Of a stretch of 64,000 bases of DNA, positions 29,182 through 38,110 are shown piece after piece. A model generated the notes under the pieces. That model saw only the letters and a list, made by a program, of their open reading frames with translations, searched no databases and had not been told where the DNA came from. Numbering within the stretch: the first letter of the stretch is position 1; every line of letters starts with the position of its first letter. The position numbers were made by a program, and so were the translations under genes. Source of the DNA: a virus (Duplodnaviria; Caudoviricetes); the IMG/VR virus record IMGVR_UViG_3300022555_000003, positions 96,001 through 160,000 of that record; one strand, given 5' to 3'.

Positions 29182-30092
29182 GAATTTTTGAAGTATCAGA
29201 AAAAACTCAATTAATAGATTCTGATGTTTTTAGAAAAGCTCTAAATTTATTAAAAGAACATAATATTGGGTCTAGGGCATTCAATTTTGCTATATCTCCA
29301 TTGGTCGACGAATTAATATTTGATTGTCATCAATTTTATAATACATTAATAACGCAGAGTAGCAAGTTCTTAAACGAAATGAAAAATTCTGGAACTTTAC
29401 CATTTAGAGGAAGTGAAAGTGCTTCTGTCGAAAACGGTATTGGTATTTTTCAATCAGCATCCATTGAGAATCGTCGTCCAATGTCAAGTGTATCTACTTT
29501 ACAAACTCAACTAAGTGCAGCAATGTCGTCAGCTGGGATTAAAGCTACAAGAAGTAATAGTATATTCACAACAGGAAGATATGAACACGCTAATTCATAT
29601 GGTATAGTTAGTGTTATATTTCCAAAAAATACAGCCAATTTTAGTTGGTCTGATTCAGAAGATTACAAAGATATTATATTAAATTTACGTGATGAGGGTG
29701 TAACTAATACATTTAAAGATTCTGAAATATATAAGAAAGCACTATCATTAGTAAAAACTTATCCAGAAAAATACGATTTAAATAGATTACTTAGTAAAAA
29801 ATGTGGAGAAGCTTCTATTTCATATTATGATTTTAAATTCAAGCATAAAGACATTGCTAGTATGTCTGGTTTTTATAAGCATCAATTTGAAGAATTTATA
29901 CATCTAGATACTATTAGACTTCTTAAAGAAATGAATATTAAGACTTCAAACTTTTCAGCAGCATTAGATGCAGCTGGAGAAATTTTAATTAATGGAGAAT
30001 ATATCAGTATACGAACAGATTCATATATTATATTAAATTATATTTTTCCTGATCTACCTCGACTTCCGTCTCCACCATTTGATCAATATTAA
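29178..30092 (+). CDS. ADP-ribosyltransferase-like paralog 2
   Basis: MRIFEV start (ATGA overlap); PFRG, RSNSIFTT, ANSYG, IFP, GEILINGEYI. Confidence 0.55.
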   Translation: MRIFEVSEKTQLIDSDVFRKALNLLKEHNIGSRAFNFAISPLVDELIFDCHQFYNTLITQSSKFLNEMKNSGTLPFRGSESASVENGIGIFQSASIENRRPMSSVSTLQTQLSAAMSSAGIKATRSNSIFTTGRYEHANSYGIVSVIFPKNTANFSWSDSEDYKDIILNLRDEGVTNTFKDSEIYKKALSLVKTYPEKYDLNRLLSKKCGEASISYYDFKFKHKDIASMSGFYKHQFEEFIHLDTIRLLKEMNIKTSNFSAALDAAGEILINGEYISIRTDSYIILNYIFPDLPRLPSPPFDQY

Positions 30093-30100
30093 GGATAATT

Positions 30101-30991
30101 ATGATACTAAACGAATTACTAGCGCCTGGTGAAAAGAAACCATTAACATTCAGAAGTGATAGGCGTGCGCTTGACAAGTCTAGTAGTGATAAAATAATGC
30201 AAATTTACGATCCGATAATTCAACACATTTTTACTGATTGTAGCAGATTCTTAGAAGAGATAAAAGGTACAAAATGTTTATGCTATCATGGTTCCAATGA
30301 TGTTAGGAAAAATAATTCTCCAATTTTTATGGGAAAATCAATGAATGATCGACGGGCTAGAAATTCATCTACATTATCAACAATGATATTTAATAATGCA
30401 CTATCTAAGATTGGTATTAAAGCAAACAGAAGTAACAGTTTATTTGTGGTGTCTGACTATACCGCAGCAAAAGGATATGGAAATAAAGTTTATGTAATAT
30501 TTCCAAAAAATACTTCTGATTATTGTTGGACTAAGTATCTAGACTTGATTTTACCTGGTGTTTCATATCTGCCAGTTGATAATAAAATAGATTATTCAGA
30601 TGAATACAAACTACTTATTAAAATGGCATCTGCACTGCCTGAAAGTATTGAAAAAGAAAATCTATTAGAAAAAATTAAAGAGTTACCAGAAAAAAATCTA
30701 GAAGAAATATTAGAAACTTTAAAGTATGATATCAAATGGGAAGAGACTGGGGCAGACCTATTAGAAAAATCGGGCATGGATGAATTATTAAATGAAGAGA
30801 ACCCAAAATTAATAAAGTATTTTCCAATGGATACTGCTTCTTTTGTTGAGAAGTATCAACCAAAAAATACAGATTTACAAACAGCATTAATAAGAGCTGT
30901 AGAAATATATATACATGGTGAATACATAGCAATTGAAGTATCTATGTACGAGAATTTACGAAAATATTATCCGGAGTTACCAACAGAATGA
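30101..30991 (+). CDS. ADP-ribosyltransferase-like paralog 3
   Basis: CYHG, RSNSLF, AKGYG, VIFP, VEIYIHGEYI. Confidence 0.55.
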   Translation: MILNELLAPGEKKPLTFRSDRRALDKSSSDKIMQIYDPIIQHIFTDCSRFLEEIKGTKCLCYHGSNDVRKNNSPIFMGKSMNDRRARNSSTLSTMIFNNALSKIGIKANRSNSLFVVSDYTAAKGYGNKVYVIFPKNTSDYCWTKYLDLILPGVSYLPVDNKIDYSDEYKLLIKMASALPESIEKENLLEKIKELPEKNLEEILETLKYDIKWEETGADLLEKSGMDELLNEENPKLIKYFPMDTASFVEKYQPKNTDLQTALIRAVEIYIHGEYIAIEVSMYENLRKYYPELPTE

Positions 30992-31845
30992 GACTACTAG
31001 AATTTTCAAATACAACAATCATACCGAAATCAAGTCAATATTCTGATTTAAAAAATATTACTGTTGAGATATTAACTCCACTTGTTAATCAGATCAATGA
31101 TAACTGTGGTGATTGTCTAGAAGCGATGCATGTGTCACAATGTACAGCATGGCGAGGCTTTAGGAATCAATTTGACTTAGCTTTTTCTGCAGAGTCAGTT
31201 GAAAATAGAAGAGTTAAAGATAGTGATCCAATTCTAACTGCTAAAGTTGATAGTATATTACAAAAAAATGGAATAGAAGCTCGTAGGAGTAACAGCATAT
31301 TTGTTACAAGTAAACAAGGATTAGCATCTGTTTATGGAAGAGTCTATGCTATATTCCCATATGATTATGCAGAATTTAGTTGGTCATCCAATGAAAAGTT
31401 TGACGATGTAGTACTTAATCCACGTGATTCCGGTATGTCAAGATGGTTAATAAATCAGTTAAAAAATTATGAAGTATTTAGAAATATATTTAATAATGTA
31501 CATAATAATCCTGATAATGAATATAGTAAAAAAGACAGAACATATATATTAAATATACTAAAACAAATAAGTGAAGAAGATTACGCCACAGCAGAAGTTA
31601 GTTTGCGGTCATTATCGTTAGCATTTAGCGATTTAGCTGATGAACTTGGTTATGATGATGATACTTTTATTCAATATTTTTCAATAGATGAAAAAGCAAT
31701 GATGAATGATTTACGAATTAAAACTACTGACTTTGCAAGTGCTCTATCTAATGAAGGTGAAATTTTAATAAATGGGGAATATATTGCAGTAAGTGAAAAA
31801 TTATACTTACGAATACAAGAACTTTTTCCAGGGATTTTTAGATAA
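30988..31845 (+). CDS. ADP-ribosyltransferase-like paralog 4
   Basis: AWRG, RSNSIFVTS, ASVYG, IFP, EGEILINGEYI. Confidence 0.55.
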   Translation: MRLLEFSNTTIIPKSSQYSDLKNITVEILTPLVNQINDNCGDCLEAMHVSQCTAWRGFRNQFDLAFSAESVENRRVKDSDPILTAKVDSILQKNGIEARRSNSIFVTSKQGLASVYGRVYAIFPYDYAEFSWSSNEKFDDVVLNPRDSGMSRWLINQLKNYEVFRNIFNNVHNNPDNEYSKKDRTYILNILKQISEEDYATAEVSLRSLSLAFSDLADELGYDDDTFIQYFSIDEKAMMNDLRIKTTDFASALSNEGEILINGEYIAVSEKLYLRIQELFPGIFR

Positions 31846-32075
31846 TGAAACTACTAGAATTTTCTATGTATGTTATTAATAATGACATAGAATCTATATC
31901 AAAATTTGACACCATTGTAAGAGGTATGATTGATGTTAATTTTACTGATAAAGAAATATGGCATGAACAACATACCAGTCATTGGAAATCATTGAAAGAC
32001 CAAGTAAAGAAAGCATTCATAACTTTGTATCCTGAATTTAAATCATATACATGGAGACATGTAGGTCCTGGTTAA
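31845..32075 (+). CDS. Small protein with MKLLEF N-terminus
   Basis: Shares the N-terminal motif of its neighbours. Confidence 0.5.
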   Translation: MKLLEFSMYVINNDIESISKFDTIVRGMIDVNFTDKEIWHEQHTSHWKSLKDQVKKAFITLYPEFKSYTWRHVGPG

Positions 32076-32321
32076 TATAAAATAATATGGAAAAATTAAC
32101 GTTATTTGATCTAATCTCCAATGAAGTAATTTGGGATTCAAGTTACTGTTACTATTGTGAAAACGAAATTGAATTACCTGGCGATGATAACAATGAACTA
32201 TTAATTAGAGTTTATCGTGGAGGTCATGATCACTTAATCTTTGTGGTATTCCACAAGTCGTGTTATGATAACTTCTTAAAAGTTTGTGGACCGTTATTTA
32301 CTTAATGGGATAAATAGTTAT

Positions 32322-33026
32322 ATGCGAATAAAAGAGCTATTAATGGAAGGTGGTAATGTATTTGATGGCACAACTCCATTTAACCACAACGTAATTCCAG
32401 ATATTTTGAAGATTATTAATGGAGCCTTAAAGGAAACTGGAATCAAAGTTATTCCCGTTGGGTCTGGTGCAACTCCAACTCCAGGAAAAATTAGTAACGA
32501 TCTAGACGCAATGGTAGACGAAGCTGATGTACTTGCTTATTTTAAAGCTGCTGATGCTAAAACTGGAAGGCAAGCATTAGGTAAATTCTTAAAAGCTAAA
32601 AATTTAGACGTTACACTCAATGGTGTAAATGTCCACGTTAAAGTCCCAGTTGGTGATGAATTTCATCAAGTTGATTTAATGGTAGTTCCAAACGCAAGCA
32701 AGATAGCAAAATTTCACACACATAAACTTCCAGCTAATAGTCCATTCAAAGGTGTTAACAAACAATTGATGTTGGCTATCTTAGCTAAAGAACATAACAT
32801 GATGTGGTCGGCCTGGCAAGGACTTTTTTCAAGGAATGCTGAAGGTAAGAAAGACAAATTTTTAGGTAATGATATTGATCAAATTGCGAAGTTATTATTT
32901 GGAAAAAATGCAACTGGTGCTAATTTAGATTCAGTTGAAAGTATTTTGAAGTCATTACCAAAAGATAAAGCAGACAGCTTATTAGCAAAATGTAGATTAG
33001 ATCCAAATTGGAAAGAAATCAAATGA
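32322..33026 (+). CDS. Pol-beta-superfamily nucleotidyltransferase-like late protein
   Basis: MRIKELLME start after ATAAATA-N5; VGSG...NDLDAMVD...HQVDLMV. Confidence 0.6.
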   Translation: MRIKELLMEGGNVFDGTTPFNHNVIPDILKIINGALKETGIKVIPVGSGATPTPGKISNDLDAMVDEADVLAYFKAADAKTGRQALGKFLKAKNLDVTLNGVNVHVKVPVGDEFHQVDLMVVPNASKIAKFHTHKLPANSPFKGVNKQLMLAILAKEHNMMWSAWQGLFSRNAEGKKDKFLGNDIDQIAKLLFGKNATGANLDSVESILKSLPKDKADSLLAKCRLDPNWKEIK

Positions 33027-33382
33027 AGCTAACTGAAATTAATCCGCCAGGAAAGATGTTAGAAAATTTCTTGAGCTTTGCTAAAGATAAGCTTAAACTA
33101 ACTAAGCTACCAAAAATACAATTTAAAGAAAAAGCAAAAGATGTTAACAGCTTTGGTTACTATGATGTTGGAACTGATTCAATTGTTATAGCAATCGAAA
33201 AACGCCACCCAATGGATATATTTAGAACACTTGCTCATGAATTAGTTCATCATACGCAACGTATGAATAATGAAATTAATAATAAGAGTGGGCAAACTGG
33301 TAGTCCACAAGAAAATGATGCAAATTCACTAGCTGGAGTGTTAATGCGTGAATTTTCTAAAAAGTATCCTGAATATATTTAA
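33023..33382 (+). CDS. HExxH zinc metallopeptidase-like late protein
   Basis: MKLTEI start; RTLAHELVHHTQ...ENDAN. Confidence 0.65.
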   Translation: MKLTEINPPGKMLENFLSFAKDKLKLTKLPKIQFKEKAKDVNSFGYYDVGTDSIVIAIEKRHPMDIFRTLAHELVHHTQRMNNEINNKSGQTGSPQENDANSLAGVLMREFSKKYPEYI

Positions 33383-34491
33383 CGTTTAGCTCTAGTTTTA
33401 ACTGGTTCTGGATTTTGTTGTTTACGTGCTGTCTTTGTGACACTTAGATCTTTTGGCTTACTTGGTGCGCCTGGTTCAGTAGCAATAGCTTTGCCAGCTT
33501 TTGCAGTTCCAACAATATCAATCTTAGGAGAAACGCTACCTTCTGGCCCCCACAATTGAATACTTTCAACTTTTACATTATTGATATTTTGTGTGTAATC
33601 ACTAAAACATAATGATGTTTGTGTAGTTGTTCTAATACATAACATCAGCTCAAAATTTGAATATGTTTTATAATTTTCAAATATAGCTACAGCCCAAGCT
33701 TTACGTAATTCAGGTTCAGAACCACTCATTATTTGTTTTCGTAATGTATCTGTTATGCTTGTATCTTTTACAAATTTAAAAGTTGATTTAACTATAACAT
33801 CTGCTACTTCAGCTTTTTGTTTTGATTTTGGTCCATAAGTATCGCGAACAGTTATCCATCGTGGACCAGTTAAACTTGCTTTTGATTCTTCAAGTTCAGC
33901 AAATAATTCAGGATAATTTTTTTCTAATGATCTAGATATGCTTGTCATATCAAGTTTAGCTTTTCTAGGATCACCCCATCTCCCACCAGACGTAATTGAA
34001 TCTTTTAGTTCAACATGTTTAGAATTGATAACTAAATCGCCACCACCCGATTTACTACCAATGCTTGTAATATTTGGACTAAGAACAGATAGTGCTAATT
34101 CACCAGGACCAATTCCTTGAGCAGTTATTACATTCAATTCATTAAATATTTTTAATGCAAACGGATCAGTAATTATATCACTTAAATTTTGAATTTTATT
34201 GAGAGTAAGTAATTTACTGATGTTGATGAACCCTTTTGAGTAATTATCAACAAATCTAGTCTTATCTTCTAAAGTTCCTTCAGTTTGTACTATTACCTTA
34301 CTTAGATGATTAAAAATCTTACTAGCATCAGGATCTGCTTTTAATATAGTAGACAACCTAGTAAGTAATGTTCCAGATTGCAAAGTAGAAGACACTTTTT
34401 TCAAAAGTGAAATATCTGTTTCTTTCTCTACACTTTGTTTGATATCTTTTTTTAGATCTGCTAAGTTTTCGTCAACTTCGAATATTCTCAT
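33379..34491 (-). CDS. Late protein, possible PD-(D/E)xK nuclease-like fold
   Basis: MRIFEV after ATAAATA-N5; GPGE...GGGDLVINSKHVELK. Confidence 0.45.
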   Translation of the reverse strand: MRIFEVDENLADLKKDIKQSVEKETDISLLKKVSSTLQSGTLLTRLSTILKADPDASKIFNHLSKVIVQTEGTLEDKTRFVDNYSKGFINISKLLTLNKIQNLSDIITDPFALKIFNELNVITAQGIGPGELALSVLSPNITSIGSKSGGGDLVINSKHVELKDSITSGGRWGDPRKAKLDMTSISRSLEKNYPELFAELEESKASLTGPRWITVRDTYGPKSKQKAEVADVIVKSTFKFVKDTSITDTLRKQIMSGSEPELRKAWAVAIFENYKTYSNFELMLCIRTTTQTSLCFSDYTQNINNVKVESIQLWGPEGSVSPKIDIVGTAKAGKAIATEPGAPSKPKDLSVTKTARKQQNPEPVKTRAKR

Positions 34492-34509
34492 ACAAGTATT
34501 TATCCAAAT

Positions 34510-35151
34510 TTACTTCTTCTTGCTATCTGTGTTATATGGATAATACGAAGAAATATTGTCAGCAATGCCAATTTTAACAGCTTCTTTAGCTTCTAAGAAT
34601 ACATCTGATGGTGGCAATAAGTGAGTTCTAATATCTTCTTCTGCTTTTAAGTTAGTACAATGTTTGATATGATTGATTAAACGTCTTTCAGTTCTTACCA
34701 TCTCTTCATTCATTGCAATTAGTTCGTGTGTTTTGCCAGATGTTCCCCAGCTAAATTGATGGCTAAGGATACTAGTATTTGGAGTTATTGTTCTGTGGCC
34801 TTTAACTCCAGCAATAAATGCAAATAATCCACAACTTGATATCGATCCAATCCCAACTGTATGAACCGGAATACTACTTCCTTTCATGACATCAATAAGA
34901 GCAAAACAAGCAGATAGGTCGCCACCTGTACTCATAATTACTAATGTTATATACTTTGGTGTTTTACCAAAGGTCTGTAAATTTTTTGATAAGATAAACT
35001 TTATCACTTTTGATACTGAATAAAAAGAAAATTCTTCTGAAAAAACATATATACCACTTTGATTTAAAATTGCGTCTGAATCTAAGTCTAATGAAATTTG
35101 ATTTTCAAAATATTCATCTTCTATGTTTGCTTCTACTCTGTTAGGCATCAT
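34510..35151 (-). CDS. clpP: ClpP-like protease
   Basis: IMSTGGDL, GSISSCG (catalytic Ser), ILSHQ (His), D.FLEAKEAVKIGIAD. Confidence 0.85.
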   Translation of the reverse strand: MMPNRVEANIEDEYFENQISLDLDSDAILNQSGIYVFSEEFSFYSVSKVIKFILSKNLQTFGKTPKYITLVIMSTGGDLSACFALIDVMKGSSIPVHTVGIGSISSCGLFAFIAGVKGHRTITPNTSILSHQFSWGTSGKTHELIAMNEEMVRTERRLINHIKHCTNLKAEEDIRTHLLPPSDVFLEAKEAVKIGIADNISSYYPYNTDSKKK

Positions 35152-35153
35152 AA

Positions 35154-35546
35154 TTATTTAGCGGGAGAACACGTCAGACATAAAGTTATTACTCTTCCAA
35201 AATGGCGTTTCATTCCAGTACCGCCGCACATCTCGCAAGTTATTGCACTTTTATTTTCATATTCATAAATAGTATCAAAGAATTTCTTTTCGTGATTTGA
35301 TAATAAATTAAATGTTTTTTCTTCAGGTGATAAATTATTTATTTGATACTCTGTATAGAAACACAAGCTTCCAAACTTTTCTTTACATTGCTGTACGTTA
35401 CCGTTCCAACCTAACTCAAATAGCTTATTGCATAATTCTTTTACCAAAGGTTTCCACCCTTTACCAAATTGACAATGTGCAATAAATTCATCTACTGAAA
35501 GTTCTGTTACATCTTCATAAAAACCGTATATTATTTTGCGTTCCAT
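35154..35546 (-). CDS. Hypothetical phage protein with C-terminal zinc finger
   Basis: QCKEKFGSLCFY; CEMCG...CLTC. Confidence 0.55.
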   Translation of the reverse strand: MERKIIYGFYEDVTELSVDEFIAHCQFGKGWKPLVKELCNKLFELGWNGNVQQCKEKFGSLCFYTEYQINNLSPEEKTFNLLSNHEKKFFDTIYEYENKSAITCEMCGGTGMKRHFGRVITLCLTCSPAK

Positions 35547-35696
35547 TTAATTTTTTCGGACAAGTGATAGTAAATTTTCCCCTGTATGAATTCCATGTGA
35601 TGTCAAAAACCAAACTATAGCTGCTGTGACTAACATTGATAAAAGTATAACTACTGTTAAATCATTTATTAGCCAAAATAAATTTTCAGATTTCAT
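35547..35696 (-). CDS. 49-aa membrane micro-protein
   Basis: Not in track; ATAAATA-N5-ATG; MKSENLFWLINDLTVVILLSMLVTAAIVW. Confidence 0.5.
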   Translation of the reverse strand: MKSENLFWLINDLTVVILLSMLVTAAIVWFLTSHGIHTGENLLSLVRKN

Positions 35697-35765
35697 AATA
35701 TTATTTATCATTTAATACTGAAAATATTTACACCACTTTGGTTTTATAAATACATTCTTTGAAAA

Positions 35766-35846
35766 TTATAACACTATTGCGACTAATAGTAATAATGATA
35801 AAAGTATAATCATAGACAAATCACTAATAAGCCAAAACAATTTCAT
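35766..35846 (-). CDS. 26-aa membrane micro-protein, paralog of the previous one
   Basis: Not in track; ATAAATA-N5-ATG; MKLFWLISDLSMIILLSLLLLVAIVL. Confidence 0.45.
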   Translation of the reverse strand: MKLFWLISDLSMIILLSLLLLVAIVL

Positions 35847-35857
35847 AATCTTATTTA

Positions 35858-36826
35858 TCAAATTTCTGTATATTCGACTTGTGGTAACGTACCAGAGAGA
35901 ATTGCATTACCACAAGTGATGCGTCCTAGATCTTCTTCTGCAGATGCGATAAATGTTAGCACTTCATATCCTGCTGATTTCAGAGCCTCTTCATGATGTA
36001 AGTACGGACGAAAGTCCGTATAGTCTCCATCAGTTTGGATATTGTTGTCCAATGCTGTTGTCGTCTTATGCATAGGAGTCAACTTGACTATGTAATAGTC
36101 TGGATCAAAGTATTTCAAAAGGACACTCGGATCAATCTCATATCCAGCCACAGCAAAATTTAATGTAATTTTTCTTCCAACAGGATTAGGTAGTCGATCC
36201 ATGATACGTGCAATGCCAGCTAACTCATGTGAGTTACCAGAAAACATTTGATCACGTTCGTAATCACTAGTGGAGTTAATAGACAACTGTAACCCTGCAT
36301 TCCCGCCATACATATCATTCTTAATGTGCATCCACTCTTTAAGAAAACCATGAAGTCTATTATTCTTCCACGGCATCATAGTTGACACAACTGGATGAAC
36401 ATTGAATTCAGGATTGAGCGAGTAATTGAATTGCTGAGCAGCTAGAATAACAGCCGGATTCCAAGTTGGCTCACCCATACGAGCAAAATGGATATTAAGA
36501 CGATCTGTCTGCTTGATTCCTGGATGAAGATCTTCTAGTGCTACAAATACTTGATTTACTAAATCATTAAATGTCGCATTCTTTCCGGGTCCAACTTTAG
36601 GTACATCACAAAATGTACAACCCATAGAACAACCATATTGAGTTGAAACAGTGACCACCCATTTTTTAGTTAGTGGTAAAATCTCACAATGTTTAACTGG
36701 CTTGTGTTGATTAAGATTTATATCTTGACCATAATCTCCCAACGAAAGGAACTCTAATTGTCCGAGATCTCCTTTAACTATGCAAATATCTCCAGTGGGT
36801 ACAGTTAATCGTCTTAAAATTTCCAT
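35858..36826 (-). CDS. RlmN/Cfr-like radical SAM protein
   Basis: STQYGCSMGCTFC, FARMGEP, LQLSINS, C-terminal ITCG. Confidence 0.8.
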   Translation of the reverse strand: MEILRRLTVPTGDICIVKGDLGQLEFLSLGDYGQDINLNQHKPVKHCEILPLTKKWVVTVSTQYGCSMGCTFCDVPKVGPGKNATFNDLVNQVFVALEDLHPGIKQTDRLNIHFARMGEPTWNPAVILAAQQFNYSLNPEFNVHPVVSTMMPWKNNRLHGFLKEWMHIKNDMYGGNAGLQLSINSTSDYERDQMFSGNSHELAGIARIMDRLPNPVGRKITLNFAVAGYEIDPSVLLKYFDPDYYIVKLTPMHKTTTALDNNIQTDGDYTDFRPYLHHEEALKSAGYEVLTFIASAEEDLGRITCGNAILSGTLPQVEYTEI

Positions 36827-37176
36827 AATAATTAATGCTTCAAAAACATAGATGTATATTCAGTCTTAGAAAGTAGCAAGCAACGTTCTGCAATAGCGGA
36901 TATATTATCTTGTATTGTTGGATCTACATTATCCCAACTTTCATGCACCCAAGGATAATTCCCTAGATGAAATTTAATACAACGTTCTCGCGGGGTTAAC
37001 GAATCCCATAATTCAACAACAGTTGTTGCCTTAGTCGATTTCATTTCTTTCCTTTTGTAACTGTAACTTCTCTTTAATAAATTTTCGATTAAGCAGAATT
37101 TCATGTGCCATTACTTTTATTTCTGCTTCAGTTGCGAAGCCATTGAATCCAATGGCTTGCAAAGTAAAATTTGTGA

Positions 37177-38109
37177 TCATTTGCATTTGCAGGCCTCAAA
37201 GGAATCAAACACTGTTACATTCTTGCAGTTTTCTTTTGCCATAAATTTCATGTCAGCAGATGATCGAATTGAATCAGTAGTAAAAATTTGATTAAAATAC
37301 TTAAAAATAATCTCCATACCCTTAGAGAAAATTCCATGCGTTACATATAACCCCATGTATAAATTCCTCTGTCGCTTCCTAATAATATCTGCGATACCAA
37401 TAAAAGTACCGCCGCCATCACAAATATCATCAATGATCAAAACATTATCGTATAAGAATTCATTTGCTTCTGGAACATTGAAACCTTCAAACAATCCAGT
37501 TTCAGGATTTCTCTTCTTTGTTGCAAACAAGACCTGTACTGGCCACTGTCCACTATTGTAACCAATAGTCTCAGGAACTTCATATCGGCCCGCTGCGCCC
37601 TTGTCAGGAAACAATACAGTCAAACCTTTATTACCATAACCATTGTCCCAAGCCATTGAAACAAAATGTTTCATTGCACGTTTGATTAGTGGTTCTGCAG
37701 AAACATTAATAATGTTATCTTGGAAGATCAATGATGGATTATGAACATCAAGTGTAATAATATTATGGAAACCTGTTTCGCGCAACATACTGCAAACTAC
37801 ATCCAGTCCGCATGTATCGCCTTTTTTGAATCTCCTGTCAGCTCTGCTATAAGGCAAATAAGGAATATATAGTTTGTAATCTGTGTTGAATTCAATAACA
37901 GAATAAATTGCAGAATCTAAATGTAGTAATGTTACTAGTTCATCTGCTGTTCTTGCTTTTGATAACACATCAACTTGATCTGAACTTTCTAGTTCCTTAA
38001 CTCCAGCGTCTGTGAAACGAACTTGCATTTCGCCAGCTGGATAATAAAACTTTTCAAACCACCCACCAGGCACACAATCTGTTGTAATCGACATTGCCTT
38101 GTTATACAT
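37177..38109 (-). CDS. Ribose-phosphate pyrophosphokinase-like protein (Adps candidate)
   Basis: YPAGEM, PYLPYSRADR, LDVH, FPDKGAAGRY, IIDDICDGGGTF, LYVTHGIFSKG. Confidence 0.88.
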   Translation of the reverse strand: MYNKAMSITTDCVPGGWFEKFYYPAGEMQVRFTDAGVKELESSDQVDVLSKARTADELVTLLHLDSAIYSVIEFNTDYKLYIPYLPYSRADRRFKKGDTCGLDVVCSMLRETGFHNIITLDVHNPSLIFQDNIINVSAEPLIKRAMKHFVSMAWDNGYGNKGLTVLFPDKGAAGRYEVPETIGYNSGQWPVQVLFATKKRNPETGLFEGFNVPEANEFLYDNVLIIDDICDGGGTFIGIADIIRKRQRNLYMGLYVTHGIFSKGMEIIFKYFNQIFTTDSIRSSADMKFMAKENCKNVTVFDSFEACKCK

Positions 38110-38110
38110 A

